Assembly: GCF_049472675.1 (NCBI RefSeq)
Contig: NZ_JAPNXM010000007.1
Coordinates: 25,521 to 89,520 of the forward strand
DNA length: 64,000 nucleotides
Source: Deferribacter thermophilus
Lineage (GTDB): Bacteria; Chrysiogenota; Deferribacteres; Deferribacterales; Deferribacteraceae
Direction: 5' to 3'
The notes under the pieces: generated by a model
The model's database searches: none
What the model saw: only the letters and a program-made list of their open reading frames with translations
Told to the model about the DNA's origin: nothing
Made by a program: the position numbers and the translations under genes
Part shown: positions 28,686 through 39,445 of the stretch, piece after piece
Numbering within the stretch: the first letter of the stretch is position 1
Layout: every line of letters starts with the position of its first letter

Positions 28686-29877
28686 GCAAAATATTATAAG
28701 CTACATCCACAACATGTTTTGCTATAAGATATTTTGACTGTTTAGATAATCTTATATTCTCACCATTTTTTAAAAATATTGTAACTTCATTTTCATCTGC
28801 CCCAAAACCGATATCACTCCTTGAAACATCATTTACCACTATCATATCAAGCTTTTTTCTATTAAGTTTTTCCATAGCATTATTTATTAAATCATCAGTT
28901 TCAGCAGCAAAACCTACAACTACTTGTTTTTCATTTTTTACTTTAGAGACTTCATAAAGAATATCCTTGTTTTTTACCAGCTCCAAAAGCAGAGTTTCAT
29001 CATTTTTCTTAATTTTTTTATCAGAAATATTTTTAACCCTATAATCTGCCACAGCAGCAGTCATGATAAGTATATCATATTCAGAAAATCTTGAAATTAC
29101 TTCATTATACATCTCTTCAGCACTTCTAATCTTTACATAAGAAAAGGGTGAAAGATCTAAACAAACATCGCCTGCAACAACAAATACTTCTCCTCCATTA
29201 TCTTTTATATACTTAGCAATATTATAGCCCATTTTCCCACTAGAATAGTTTGAAATAAATCTGACAGGATCAATCCCTTCTTTTGTAGGTCCTAAAGTAA
29301 CAAGAAATTTTACACCTTTTAATTTTTCCTCTACTACAATATTAAATATTTCTTCAGGTTCTATAAGCCTACCTTTACCTTCTGTTTTACATGCCAGCTC
29401 ACCTTCATCAGGTTCAAATACAAAGTAGCCCAACTTTCTAAGCTTAGCTATATTTTCCTGAACAAAAGGGTTTTCATACATATTAGTATTCATAGAGGGG
29501 AAAATGTATACAGGCTTACTCTTTACAACCAACATTGATGAAGTAACTAAATTGTCCCCTATCCCATTTGCAATTTTAGATATAGTATTTGCGGTACAGG
29601 GAGCAACAATTATTTTATCAGCCCATTCAATAAGATCTATATGATCAATCGAATCAGGCTCAACATCTGTAAGAAAATCATCAATGTAAACCCTGTTTTT
29701 AGTTAAACTTTCAAATGTTAGTGGGGTTATAAATTTTGTAGCATTTTCAGTCATCCCCACCTTGACATTATGACCAGCCTTAATCAGTAATCTACATAAA
29801 TTTGGTATTTTATATGCAGCTATTCCGCCTGTAACAAAAATTAAAAAATTACTCATCCTTTTCTTGTTCCTCTTCAA
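28669..29877 (-). CDS. coaBC: Bifunctional phosphopantothenoylcysteine decarboxylase/synthetase
   Basis: 402 aa with an N-terminal flavoprotein domain and C-terminal DFP/CoaB domain. Confidence 0.9.
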   Translation of the reverse strand: MKRNKKRMSNFLIFVTGGIAAYKIPNLCRLLIKAGHNVKVGMTENATKFITPLTFESLTKNRVYIDDFLTDVEPDSIDHIDLIEWADKIIVAPCTANTISKIANGIGDNLVTSSMLVVKSKPVYIFPSMNTNMYENPFVQENIAKLRKLGYFVFEPDEGELACKTEGKGRLIEPEEIFNIVVEEKLKGVKFLVTLGPTKEGIDPVRFISNYSSGKMGYNIAKYIKDNGGEVFVVAGDVCLDLSPFSYVKIRSAEEMYNEVISRFSEYDILIMTAAVADYRVKNISDKKIKKNDETLLLELVKNKDILYEVSKVKNEKQVVVGFAAETDDLINNAMEKLNRKKLDMIVVNDVSRSDIGFGADENEVTIFLKNGENIRLSKQSKYLIAKHVVDVAYNILREKNE

Positions 29878-30070
29878 AAATGATCTTATTATCTATAATT
29901 TCTGCCAAAGCAATCGTAATATTTTTATGATAACCCTCCACCTGTGGTGGAACAGTATCCTCTTTTCTTTCATATAACTCCCTAGCTCTCTGACTAGCTA
30001 ATAAAGAAAGTTTAAATCTACTTTTCACATCATCTCTATTAACACCCTTTTCAATATTCAAAAACGCCAT
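29849..30070 (-). CDS. rpoZ: DNA-directed RNA polymerase subunit omega
   Basis: 73 aa with an LLASQRAREL motif. Sits between gmk and coaBC, which is conserved synteny. Confidence 0.7.
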   Translation of the reverse strand: MAFLNIEKGVNRDDVKSRFKLSLLASQRARELYERKEDTVPPQVEGYHKNITIALAEIIDNKIIFEEEQEKDE

Positions 30071-30071
30071 A

Positions 30072-30683
30072 TTAAACCTCCATATCTATTAATTCTTCTA
30101 TATTTTCTATATCTTTAGTCTTCAAATGTTCTGATAGATAAATTGCATTCAACTCCTCAAATGCAATATTTAAATACTTATTAACAATAAGATAATCATA
30201 CATTTTATAAAATTTAATTTCTTCTAAAGCGTTTTTCATCCGAATGTTTATATTCTCAATTGTTTCGGTTCTACGATTTACTAATCTGTTTTTCAACTCT
30301 TTCATACTTGGAGCTACTATGAATATGAATACAGCATCTGAATATTTTGCTTTTATCTGTCTTGCTCCTTGAGGATCAATATCTAATATTACATCATAAC
30401 CACTGCTTAAATATTCTTCAATTAATTTTTTAGATGTGCCATAGTAATTTCCATGTACCACAGCCCATTCCAAAAACTCTTCATTATTAATCATCTTTTT
30501 AAACTTTTTTTCATCAATAAAAAAGTAATCCTGACCATCTACTTCACCAATCCTTGGTTCTCTTGTAGTATAAGAAATAGAATACTTTAATCTATCTTTA
30601 TATTTGCTAATAAGTTTATTACACAAAGAGGTTTTACCTGCTCCACTTGGAGCACTAACGACAAATAATTTTGTTTTATACAA
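30072..30683 (-). CDS. gmk: Guanylate kinase
   Basis: P-loop SAPSGAGKTS. 203 aa. Confidence 0.9.
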   Translation of the reverse strand: MYKTKLFVVSAPSGAGKTSLCNKLISKYKDRLKYSISYTTREPRIGEVDGQDYFFIDEKKFKKMINNEEFLEWAVVHGNYYGTSKKLIEEYLSSGYDVILDIDPQGARQIKAKYSDAVFIFIVAPSMKELKNRLVNRRTETIENINIRMKNALEEIKFYKMYDYLIVNKYLNIAFEELNAIYLSEHLKTKDIENIEELIDMEV

Positions 30684-31545
30684 TGTTCTGCACCTGCTCT
30701 CTTATTTTATCAATTTCTACTTTTGCTTCAATAACCACACTCTTAATATCTGATAAAAGAGCTTTTGAAGCAATAGTATTAAACTCTCTATGTAGTTCTT
30801 GAGCTATAAAATCCAACTTTTTACCCATTTCACCTTCTGTATCTAAAACTGACCTAAATTGCAAAATATGAGATTCAACTCTAACTAATTCTTCATTTAT
30901 ATCAGATCGTTCCACAAGTAAAGCAACCTCTTGGGCTATTCTATCTTCATCAACTTTTATTTCTAGCTCTTTAAGTCTGTTTTTAAGCTTTTCTATACCA
31001 ATTTTATAATTCTCATCAGTCATTTTATCAATATTTAACTTAAATTTTTCTAACAAGTTTATTCTCTCTAATAAATCTTCCTTTAATTTTTCACCTTCAA
31101 CTCTTCTCATTTCATCAACTTTTTTCAATGTCTCATCAACAGCTTCAATTATTAGATCACCTATTTCAGAGTAAATCTCTTCATTATCTTCATAACTAAT
31201 CACATCAGGAAACTTTAGAATATGGTCAATCCTTATATCATCAATAATTTCACTTTCCATTTGAAGCTCTCTCAATATAGACATGTATGAAGCTAACAGA
31301 TTTCTATTCAAAATTGGATTATTAATTACTTTTTTTGGTGTAACATCTATAAAAACATCAACTTTGCCCCGTTTTATCTCCTTCTTAATTAAATTTTTTA
31401 ACCCAATTTCTAAAAATATAAAGTGTTTTGGAAGTCTCAAATTAATTTCACAATATTTACTATTCAAAGTACGCATCTCAACACTTATATCAGCTAAATC
31501 ATTACTTTTAACCACCTTACCGTAACCAGTCATACTTTTAACCAT
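30676..31545 (-). CDS. YicC-family stress-induced protein
   Basis: MTGYG N-terminal hallmark. 289 aa. Confidence 0.8.
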   Translation of the reverse strand: MVKSMTGYGKVVKSNDLADISVEMRTLNSKYCEINLRLPKHFIFLEIGLKNLIKKEIKRGKVDVFIDVTPKKVINNPILNRNLLASYMSILRELQMESEIIDDIRIDHILKFPDVISYEDNEEIYSEIGDLIIEAVDETLKKVDEMRRVEGEKLKEDLLERINLLEKFKLNIDKMTDENYKIGIEKLKNRLKELEIKVDEDRIAQEVALLVERSDINEELVRVESHILQFRSVLDTEGEMGKKLDFIAQELHREFNTIASKALLSDIKSVVIEAKVEIDKIREQVQNIV

Positions 31546-31621
31546 TATTTACTCCATCAACAAAATTCTTGCTAACAACTTTAAATCAGCATATATAATA
31601 GATTATTAAGAGGAGGTCAAT

Positions 31622-32380
31622 ATGTTTAACCTAATTACAGTGTTATTTGTTTTACTAATAGTATTAATAGCTAATTCAGTAAAAATTCTAAAGGAATATG
31701 AAAGGGGTGTAGTATTTAGACTTGGAAGATATGTAGGAGTCAGAGGCCCAGGATTAATTATACTCATTCCTATTTTAGAAAAAATGATAAAAGTAAATTT
31801 AAGAACTATAGTAATGGATGTTCCACCTCAAGATGTAATTACAAAAGATAATGTTTCTATAAAAGTAAATGCTGTGGTTTATTTTAGAGTACTACACCCA
31901 GATAAAGCAGTACTTGAAGTAGAAGATTACTACTATGCTACAAGTCAAATTTCACAAACAACATTGAGAAGTATTCTCGGCCAATTTGAATTAGATGACT
32001 TACTTTCTAATCGTGAAAAAATAAACATGGAACTGCAATCAGTTATAGATAAACACACAGATCCTTGGGGCATTAAAGTTAGTGCAGTTGAAATGAAACA
32101 CATTGATTTACCTCAAGAAATGCAAAGGGCAATGGCAAGACAAGCAGAAGCAGAAAGGGAAAGAAGAGCAAAAATTATACATGCAGAAGGTGAATTACAA
32201 TCTGCAGAAAAACTCTCCCAAGCTAGTGAGATCATGTCAAAAAGCCCTATAACTTTACAGTTAAGGTACTTACAAACATTAAATGAAATCGCTTCAGAAA
32301 AAAATTCTACAATAGTTTTTCCTATACCAATGGAAATAATTAAGCCTTTTTTGAACAAAAAAGATGATAAAGGTGAATAA
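31622..32380 (+). CDS. SPFH/band-7 (stomatin-like) membrane protein
   Basis: N-terminal TM segment plus the band-7 domain. Confidence 0.8.
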   Translation: MFNLITVLFVLLIVLIANSVKILKEYERGVVFRLGRYVGVRGPGLIILIPILEKMIKVNLRTIVMDVPPQDVITKDNVSIKVNAVVYFRVLHPDKAVLEVEDYYYATSQISQTTLRSILGQFELDDLLSNREKINMELQSVIDKHTDPWGIKVSAVEMKHIDLPQEMQRAMARQAEAERERRAKIIHAEGELQSAEKLSQASEIMSKSPITLQLRYLQTLNEIASEKNSTIVFPIPMEIIKPFLNKKDDKGE

Positions 32381-32974
32381 ATGAAACTACTTCTTCATCA
32401 GTGCTGTGCCCCTTGCTCAGTTTATCCAGTATCAATTTTAAAAGAAACACCTTACACAATCTATGGTTTCTTTTATAATCCAAATATCCATCCTGTGGTA
32501 GAGTTTTATAAAAGACTAGAAAATGTTTTGTATTTCAACAATATTAATAATATAAAAACAATCGTTGATGAAACATACGGTTTAAAAGAGTTTGTTCAAA
32601 ATGTGGTTTATCGAGAAAACAACAGATGCAAATATTGCTATTTCACTAGATTAGAAAAAACTGCTCAAATAGCAAAAAAAGGTAAATTTGATGCTTTTAC
32701 AACTACACTCTTATACAGTAAATATCAAAATCATTTGCTAATAAAAGATATCTGCGAAAATCTCTCTAAAAAATATAAAGTTGATTTCTATTATTACGAC
32801 TTTAGAGAAGGTTGGAAAGAGGGTATTGAAAAATCAAAAGAACTTAATTTATATAGACAACAATATTGTGGATGTATTTATAGTGAAGAAGAAAGATACA
32901 AAAAACAACTATCAAAACAATTCAACATCATGAAAAATTCTGTAACAGAGGTGGTGCATGAATCCACTGAATGA
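32381..32974 (+). CDS. queH: Epoxyqueuosine reductase QueH (DUF208)
   Basis: CCAPCS and CxxC motifs. 197 aa. Confidence 0.75.
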   Translation: MKLLLHQCCAPCSVYPVSILKETPYTIYGFFYNPNIHPVVEFYKRLENVLYFNNINNIKTIVDETYGLKEFVQNVVYRENNRCKYCYFTRLEKTAQIAKKGKFDAFTTTLLYSKYQNHLLIKDICENLSKKYKVDFYYYDFREGWKEGIEKSKELNLYRQQYCGCIYSEEERYKKQLSKQFNIMKNSVTEVVHESTE

Positions 32975-33185
32975 ATTAGGAAAAACTTTATTGATTTTTG
33001 GAATATTTTTTATTGTTATAGGAATAATACTTATATTCAGTGGAAAAATACCTAATTTTCTTGGAAAACTTCCAGGCGATATTTATTACAAAAAAGGGAA
33101 TTTCACTTTTTACTTTCCCCTTGCTACATCAATTATAATAAGCATCATATTAACAATTTTACTCAATATTTTCTTTAGAAAGTAA
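32958..33185 (+). CDS. Small membrane protein (DUF2905-like)
   Basis: 75 aa with two TM segments. Confidence 0.45.
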   Translation: MNPLNELGKTLLIFGIFFIVIGIILIFSGKIPNFLGKLPGDIYYKKGNFTFYFPLATSIIISIILTILLNIFFRK

Positions 33186-33195
33186 TTTTAGGCAC

Positions 33196-33230
33196 AAAAA
33201 AACCCCACCTAAAAAGGTGGGGTATTAATT
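33196..33230. terminator. Bidirectional rho-independent terminator (CCCCACC-taaaaa-GGTGGGG flanked by A7 and T-rich tracts)
   Basis: Lies between the convergent DUF2905 and cspA genes. Confidence 0.75.
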
Positions 33231-33248
33231 TCACCTACCCTATGTTGC

Positions 33249-33452
33249 TTATATTTTTACAACATTGGAGGCCTGTGGACCTTTAGGCCCTTCAACGATA
33301 TCAAACTGAACCTGATCGCCTTCTTTAAGGCTTTTGAAACCGTCCATTTTAATAGCAGTAAAATGAACGAATACATCATTACCGTCGGAGCTGGTAATAA
33401 AACCATACCCCTTTGAATCGTTAAACCACTTAACTGTTCCTGTCTTACTCAT
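33249..33452 (-). CDS. cspA: Cold-shock protein
   Basis: 67 aa. [18 protein letters not shown]-1 motif. Confidence 0.9.
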   Translation of the reverse strand: MSKTGTVKWFNDSKGYGFITSSDGNDVFVHFTAIKMDGFKSLKEGDQVQFDIVEGPKGPQASNVVKI

Positions 33453-33677
33453 AAACTCACCTCAAAATTTTGTTACAGGGGTAAACCCCTTATTTAATCC
33501 TACCCTTATATTATACTTAAGTCAAATAAAATTTAATAAAAAATAAAAATTCTGTAAATATTCATTCTTATTGGTGTATGTATTTTTTAAGATAAAAGAC
33601 TTACAGAATTTAAATCTGGCAACAATAGAAAAACACTATAATTCAAATGAAAAGAAAGGAGGGTAGCCCCTCCTTTC

Positions 33678-34343
33678 TTATTTAGTAAAGTCTAATAATT
33701 GTTTAACAGTTTTTTCGATACCTTCAGCAACCTCAGAAATACGCTGACCAAGCATATAAGCAGGTGTAGTAATTATTTTATTTTCTTCATCCACAACTGC
33801 TTCTTTAACAGGACAATTGATATGAGTAGCTCCCAAATTCTCAACAGCAGATGCAACATTTTCATCCGTACCAATAGTTATTTTAGTTTTTATCCCCGCT
33901 CCTTCTAAAGCTTTTGCAACTAAAACTGGAGCTATACAAATAGCAGCTAAAGGTTTTTTAGCTTCAATAGTCTCTTTAACTATCCTTTTCACTTCCGGAT
34001 CTATTTGACAATCCACACCATCTACTGCAAAAGTTGTAAGATTTTTAGCGGCACCAAAACCACCAGGAAAAATTAAAGCATCAAAATCATCTACTTTAAC
34101 ATCTTTTAAATCCTTTATGTTGCCTCTTGCAATTCTTGCTGATTCTACTAATACATTTCTACTCTCCCCTTCAGCAACCTCACCAGTCAAATGATTAACA
34201 ACATGAAGCTGTTCTTTATTTGGTGCAGCTATCAAAAGTTCAGCTCCATACTTATCTAAAAAATACATAGTCAAAACTGCTTCATGAATTTCACTACCAT
34301 CATAAACCCCACATCCACTCAAAACAACACATACTTTTGCCAT
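33678..34343 (-). CDS. elbB: ElbB/ES1-family DJ-1/PfpI-like protein (glyoxalase ElbB homologue)
   Basis: Strong similarity to E. coli ElbB (VVLSGCGVYDGSEIHEAVLT..PGGFGAAKNL..TTPAYML). The likely true start is the internal MAKV with an RBS (GGAGGTG). The ORF track extends 13 codons further to 34382. Confidence 0.85.
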   Translation of the reverse strand: MAKVCVVLSGCGVYDGSEIHEAVLTMYFLDKYGAELLIAAPNKEQLHVVNHLTGEVAEGESRNVLVESARIARGNIKDLKDVKVDDFDALIFPGGFGAAKNLTTFAVDGVDCQIDPEVKRIVKETIEAKKPLAAICIAPVLVAKALEGAGIKTKITIGTDENVASAVENLGATHINCPVKEAVVDEENKIITTPAYMLGQRISEVAEGIEKTVKQLLDFTK

Positions 34344-34476
34344 AATTTCACCTCCAAAATTTGATACTAACTGGCTCAACAATATTAAATTTAATGCATT
34401 TATTGAAAAGTTTCAATTATAAAAATATATTTTATTTTGGCAAAAATTTATTTATTATGTAAGAAACTAACAAGGG

Positions 34477-35304
34477 GTGGATGAGATGGTAGAAAAATAT
34501 CAAAAATGTGCAGAATTAATCAAAGAAGCTGAAGTTTTGATTATTACTGCAGGAGCAGGAATTGGTGTTGATTCAGGCTTACCTGATTTTAGAGGAGATA
34601 AAGGGTTCTGGAAAGCTTACCCGATGTATGAAAGATTAGGATTAAATTTTGTTCAGTGTGCTAATCCCGTACACTTTGAGAGTGATCCATCTTTTGGTTG
34701 GGGTTTTTATGGGCACCGTTTAGAGATGTACAGAAATACAACCCCACATAAAGGTTTTTACATAATGCTGGAATGGATTGAAAAATTTGGATTAGATTAT
34801 TTTGTCGTAACATCAAATGTGGATGGACAATTTCAAAAGGCAGGTTACGAAGAAGATAAAATCTACGAAATCCATGGCTCAATTCATCACCTTCAGTGTG
34901 TAAAACCCTGCACAATGGCAATTTGGGAAAACACAGAACATATTGAAATAGATTATGATACAATGAGAGCTAAAAATATCCCCAGATGTAAATTTTGTGG
35001 TGATGTAGCAAGACCAAATATTTTAATGTTTGGAGATTATTCATGGATTGCTGACAGATCGCACAGACAATCAGTTTTATTTGATAATTTCTTAGAAGAA
35101 CACGAAAACAGTAAAATTGTAGTTATAGAGATTGGAGCAGGTACTGCAATCCCATCAATAAGATACACCAGCGAAAGGATAGGCAGATATCATAATGCAA
35201 CAGTCATAAGAATTAACCCAAGAGAGCCTCATATCAACAAACCACACATTTCTATCCCAGAAGGAGGCCTTAAAGCACTATCTGAAATCAACAAATATAT
35301 TTAA
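34477..35304 (+). CDS. Sir2-family NAD-dependent protein deacylase
   Basis: GAGIGVDSGLPDFRG motif and a CxxC..CxxC zinc ribbon. 275 aa. Confidence 0.8.
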   Translation: MDEMVEKYQKCAELIKEAEVLIITAGAGIGVDSGLPDFRGDKGFWKAYPMYERLGLNFVQCANPVHFESDPSFGWGFYGHRLEMYRNTTPHKGFYIMLEWIEKFGLDYFVVTSNVDGQFQKAGYEEDKIYEIHGSIHHLQCVKPCTMAIWENTEHIEIDYDTMRAKNIPRCKFCGDVARPNILMFGDYSWIADRSHRQSVLFDNFLEEHENSKIVVIEIGAGTAIPSIRYTSERIGRYHNATVIRINPREPHINKPHISIPEGGLKALSEINKYI

Positions 35305-35310
35305 AATATA

Positions 35311-35811
35311 TTATTTTTGTAAAACTTTTATAATTTCACCAATATACATACGATGATAATCTTTTTTGGGGTAGAATGTTTCTATTTCCTTATCAAGAAA
35401 ATTAGACGGATTTAAATCTGAAAAGTATAGCTTTTTGCAACAATAAACAGTATCTGCTTCTTCAAAATATATAAAATTATCATCATTTATTACGCTTAGT
35501 CCAGTTTCCTTAACTTTATCTACATCATACCCAGATTTAGTTCCGCAAAAGTTTAAAACATCTCTGTATTCTTCATCAAAAAAAGAAAGCGTAAAGTATT
35601 CTGTCTTTTCCATTAGCTCAAAAGTATATCGTGTAGGCCTAATAAAAGCATAAACCACATTTTTATGCCATAAAATACCAAAACCTCCCCAACTTGCAGT
35701 CATAGGGTTTACTTTCTCAGCAGTTGGAGTAATAAGCATCCATCTATCATTAATTTCAGTAAAAGGGTTAAAATTTAGTTCATTTATTTTTACCTTTTTA
35801 AACATTTTCAC
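35311..35811 (-). CDS. Flavin reductase-like / split-barrel FMN-binding protein
   Basis: 166 aa. The pattern is consistent with the flavin reductase-like domain. Weak. Confidence 0.5.
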   Translation of the reverse strand: MKMFKKVKINELNFNPFTEINDRWMLITPTAEKVNPMTASWGGFGILWHKNVVYAFIRPTRYTFELMEKTEYFTLSFFDEEYRDVLNFCGTKSGYDVDKVKETGLSVINDDNFIYFEEADTVYCCKKLYFSDLNPSNFLDKEIETFYPKKDYHRMYIGEIIKVLQK

Positions 35812-35877
35812 CTCCGATTAAAGAAATTAACTAATTCTGGATTGTAATTCAACACTTTTTTTGATAAAAAATGTTGG

Positions 35878-37194
35878 ATGAATAATAAACAACTAACATA
35901 TACCAAGATTTTTAAATTTTGGTTCCCTCTTGCCTCTACATGGTTGATGATGGCTCTTGAAGGCCCTATACTTGCAGCTATAATAGCAAGACTACCCAAT
36001 GAAAAGGTAAATTTAGCAGCCTATGGTATTGCTTTAGCCTTTGGGCTAATTCTGGAATCTCCAATAATAATGATAATGGCAGCTGCTACAGCACTTATAA
36101 AGGATAAAAATTCTTATCAAAAAATACGTAATTTTACCATGATGTTAAATTTTATTGTTACAATATGCATTTTGATATTACTTTTACCTCAAGTTTTTAA
36201 CTTTATTGCAGGAAAACTTATTGGTTTAAAGGAACCTGTTTATACACTAACATATAATGCCACAATGTTTTTATTGCCCTGGCCTGGAGCAATTGGTTAT
36301 AGAAGACTTTATCAAGGTGTTTTAATAGTCAATGACAAAACAAAGTTTATAGCATACAGTACAATTATTAGACTTGTTTCAAACATTTCAACTGCATTTT
36401 TATTATATAAATTTACTATAATTGATGGGGCTTACATTGGAACTATAGCTCTATCAACAGGAGTTATTTTTGAAGCGTTAGCTGTTAGAATTATGGCTCA
36501 CAAATCTGTAAAAGAGATAATTAATAGAAAACCAACAAAGGAACAACTTACTTACAAATTTATATCAAAATATTATTACCCTTTAGCTCTAACCCCTTTT
36601 ATTGCTTTATCATCTCAACCAATCGTAACATTCTTCTTAGGTAAAAGTTTAAAGGCTTTGGAGTCTTTAGCCGTAATGCCAGTAGTTTACTCGCTAACCT
36701 TTATTTTTAGAAGTATAGGGTTATCCTATCAAGAAGTAATAATAGCCTTAACAAATCAGTATCCAGATTTTAAACATAAAATTAGAAACTTTGCAATAAT
36801 CCTTGCCATCACAGTTACCTCTTTATTATATAGTATAACTGCTACACCACTTTCTGATATTTATTTTTTAAAACTTAGCGGATTATCTTATGAGTTGGCA
36901 GAATTTGCCAAAACCCCAGCTTTAATAATGTCAATAATGCCAGCACTTACACTATTATTAACCTATCAAAGAAGTATTTTTATTTTACAAAAAATTACCT
37001 TGCCTATCACTATTGGAACTATTATAGAAGTTTTAGGAATTATTATCGTCATATCATTTCTAATAAAAATGAAGATATTCGTAGGTGCAATATGTGCTGC
37101 CTTGGCATTTGTCTCAGGAAGACTATTAGCAAATATTTATTTCCACATTAGTATCTTTTTTGTAAAACGGAGAAAAAATGTTAAAAATGTATAA
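35878..37194 (+). CDS. Polytopic membrane protein of the MOP/MATE-like exporter superfamily
   Basis: 438 aa with about 12 predicted TM segments. Confidence 0.45.
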   Translation: MNNKQLTYTKIFKFWFPLASTWLMMALEGPILAAIIARLPNEKVNLAAYGIALAFGLILESPIIMIMAAATALIKDKNSYQKIRNFTMMLNFIVTICILILLLPQVFNFIAGKLIGLKEPVYTLTYNATMFLLPWPGAIGYRRLYQGVLIVNDKTKFIAYSTIIRLVSNISTAFLLYKFTIIDGAYIGTIALSTGVIFEALAVRIMAHKSVKEIINRKPTKEQLTYKFISKYYYPLALTPFIALSSQPIVTFFLGKSLKALESLAVMPVVYSLTFIFRSIGLSYQEVIIALTNQYPDFKHKIRNFAIILAITVTSLLYSITATPLSDIYFLKLSGLSYELAEFAKTPALIMSIMPALTLLLTYQRSIFILQKITLPITIGTIIEVLGIIIVISFLIKMKIFVGAICAALAFVSGRLLANIYFHISIFFVKRRKNVKNV

Positions 37195-37260
37195 TAATTT
37201 TCAAATAATAAATTTTTATTGTTGTTTGATTATGTGGTAAAGATTTGCTAAAATAATATT

Positions 37261-37908
37261 ATGAAAATATTGTTGATTGAAGACGATTTGTTACTAGGAG
37301 AAAGTTTAAAGGAATTTCTAGAATCAGAGAAAAATGATGTGGACTGGATAATTGACGATAGAGAATACGAATATAAGCTATTATCAAATGAGTATGATAT
37401 TATACTTCTTGATTTGATGTTAAAATTTAATAAAGGTGAAGAACTTTTAAAAAAAATTAAAAAGCTAAAAAACATTCCTATTATAATCATTACTGCAAAA
37501 TTTGACTTATCTGATAAAGAAACCTGTTTTTTGTTAGGAGCTGATGACTATATTACCAAACCCTTTGAACCAAAAGAATTGTTGCTTAGAATAAACGCTG
37601 TCACCAGAAGATATTTTGACAATAAAAATAGAATTTATATATCAGATGAAATTGTCATCGATATTACCCAACAATCGCTTTTCATAAATAATGAGCTTAT
37701 CCCTCTTACTAAAAAAGAGTGGGAGCTTTTATACATTTTAGCAAAAAATAGAGGTAAAATTGTATCAAACGAATGTATCCTAAATTATGTCTGGCAGGAA
37801 AACCCAGTAGGTACAGAATCAATCAGAACCTATATAAAAAAACTTAGAGAAATCTTAGGAAAGGATTTAATAGAAACCCACAAAGGTCGGGGGTATCGAT
37901 TAAAATAA
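37261..37908 (+). CDS. OmpR-family response regulator
   Basis: Receiver domain (DD..E.., LDLML, K) plus a C-terminal winged-helix trans_reg_C. Confidence 0.85.
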   Translation: MKILLIEDDLLLGESLKEFLESEKNDVDWIIDDREYEYKLLSNEYDIILLDLMLKFNKGEELLKKIKKLKNIPIIIITAKFDLSDKETCFLLGADDYITKPFEPKELLLRINAVTRRYFDNKNRIYISDEIVIDITQQSLFINNELIPLTKKEWELLYILAKNRGKIVSNECILNYVWQENPVGTESIRTYIKKLREILGKDLIETHKGRGYRLK

Positions 37909-37964
37909 AATTTGAAATAAAAATTTTTATCGCTTTAGAGCTAATCATTGCCATTGTCCTCAGT

Positions 37965-38858
37965 ATGATTAACTTAATTTTCATTTTTAGCTACAAAATA
38001 GAAATTGAAGAACAATTAAAAAAAGAAATTCCTCTTTACCTAACTCTAAAAGCCACCAATAAAAAATTTAAACTACCAGATTATTTGCTTATTGAAAATA
38101 AACTATCATTCAAAAAAGATTACACCCTTTTTAATGTAAACGGAGAAAAATACATCTATATCAAATCTTCATACATAAAAGACAAGCTCAAAGATAAGCT
38201 CTTTATAATTTTTTACTGGGATATGATAGCAATCTTTTCTGTGGCAATATTGTATTATCTTGTTTTATACAGGTTGATAATAAAAGAAAAAAATTATCTA
38301 AAAAACTTTGAGATTCTACTTCTAATTTTTTCTCACAAACTGAGAAACTTTTTAACCACCTCAAAACTCAATCTTCATTTAATCAAAACAGAAAACAGAG
38401 TCCCACTGGAAAGATTAATTCATGCTCATGAAAACCTTGCAAAAGATTTAGAAAATATTCAATATTTTATCAAAAGATTACCCACTCAAAATCAAAGTAA
38501 AAATAAAATAAATATACCTATTTTAGTTAAATCTTTAATCGAAGAGCTGGAGCTAAACAAACTTTTTTCTATAAAATTTAATTGTTCTGAAATTTATATT
38601 AATGCACCTTATCAAGATATTTACTTTGCCTTATACCTTTTGTTTGATAATATCTTAAAACATGCAGGTCAAAATGTCACAATAAAATGCGGCAAAATCA
38701 AAAAATTAAAATATCTCATTATAAAAAATGATATAACTGAAAATGAAACAAAAGGGCTTGGAGTAGGTTTATATGTTGCAGAAAAACTCCTTACCACCAA
38801 TGGCTTCAAAATCAAAAGAAAAATAACCTCAACCTTCACAATCGCCATCAAATTTTAA
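37965..38858 (+). CDS. Compact sensor histidine kinase
   Basis: H-box SHKLRNFL and G-box GLGVGLYVAEKLL. 297 aa. Confidence 0.65.
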   Translation: MINLIFIFSYKIEIEEQLKKEIPLYLTLKATNKKFKLPDYLLIENKLSFKKDYTLFNVNGEKYIYIKSSYIKDKLKDKLFIIFYWDMIAIFSVAILYYLVLYRLIIKEKNYLKNFEILLLIFSHKLRNFLTTSKLNLHLIKTENRVPLERLIHAHENLAKDLENIQYFIKRLPTQNQSKNKINIPILVKSLIEELELNKLFSIKFNCSEIYINAPYQDIYFALYLLFDNILKHAGQNVTIKCGKIKKLKYLIIKNDITENETKGLGVGLYVAEKLLTTNGFKIKRKITSTFTIAIKF

Positions 38859-38872
38859 CAACAAATTTAATA

Positions 38873-39022
38873 GGCTGTTGCACAATAAAGAAAATAATAT
38901 AATTTTTGAGATTGCTTCACTGACGTTAGCAATGACCAATTTCGCGTCATTGCGAGGAGCGAATGCGACGAAGCAATCTATCGATTATTAATTTTCCCAA
39001 CTTAAACTATTGTACAGCAGCC
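38873..39022. mobile_element. MITE-like element (~150 bp) with TIRs GGCTGTTGCACAATA / TATTGTACAGCAGCC and two internal palindromic units in opposite orientation
   Basis: TIRs at 38873-38887 and 39008-39022. Internal units at 38910-38936 and 38946-38978. Confidence 0.55.
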
Positions 39023-39136
39023 TTAGAAAGTTCATTTGCAATTTAAAACGAAATATTTTACAATAAATTAGTATTTTTCACGATTTTTTTACAAAAAAGA
39101 AATAATTTGATATTTTAAGTTAAGTGGAGGAATTGT

Positions 39137-39445
39137 ATGAAAAAAATATTTCTTGTATTAATCATATGTTTTTCATTATCTATAATGAGTTTTGCAAAAG
39201 AAGAATCTAATAATCTACCTAAAGAGCAAGTTGTTAATTTAAAAACAGGATATATAAAAAGCTTTAAAAATGAATTCATATCTTTGGAAGATGGTTTCTA
39301 TTTTTATGTTGATGAAAATACTGTAATTATTAACCCTGAAAATAGAAAAGTAGATAAAAAATTCTTAAAATCTGCATATAAAATTAAATATAAAAACAAC
39401 GGAAATTATGTATATTACATAAAAATATTATCATTAGTTAAATAG
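39137..39445 (+). CDS. Small secreted protein translationally coupled to pilY1
   Basis: 102 aa with a signal peptide. Its stop overlaps the pilY1 start. Confidence 0.45.
   Translation: MKKIFLVLIICFSLSIMSFAKEESNNLPKEQVVNLKTGYIKSFKNEFISLEDGFYFYVDENTVIINPENRKVDKKFLKSAYKIKYKNNGNYVYYIKILSLVK

Noticed and set aside
34477-35304. Sir2-domain protein as a possible antiphage (Thoeris/DSR-like) effector
   Set aside because: It has the canonical sirtuin catalytic motif (GAGIGVDSGLPDFRG) and the CxxC..CxxC zinc ribbon of housekeeping CobB-type deacylases. It is 275 aa and stands alone. There are no SLOG/TIR/STAND partners nearby.
35808-35999. 63-aa ORF overlapping the start of the MOP-like transporter gene on the opposite strand
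   Set aside because: No motif support. It overlaps the promoter and 5' region of a convincing membrane-protein gene.
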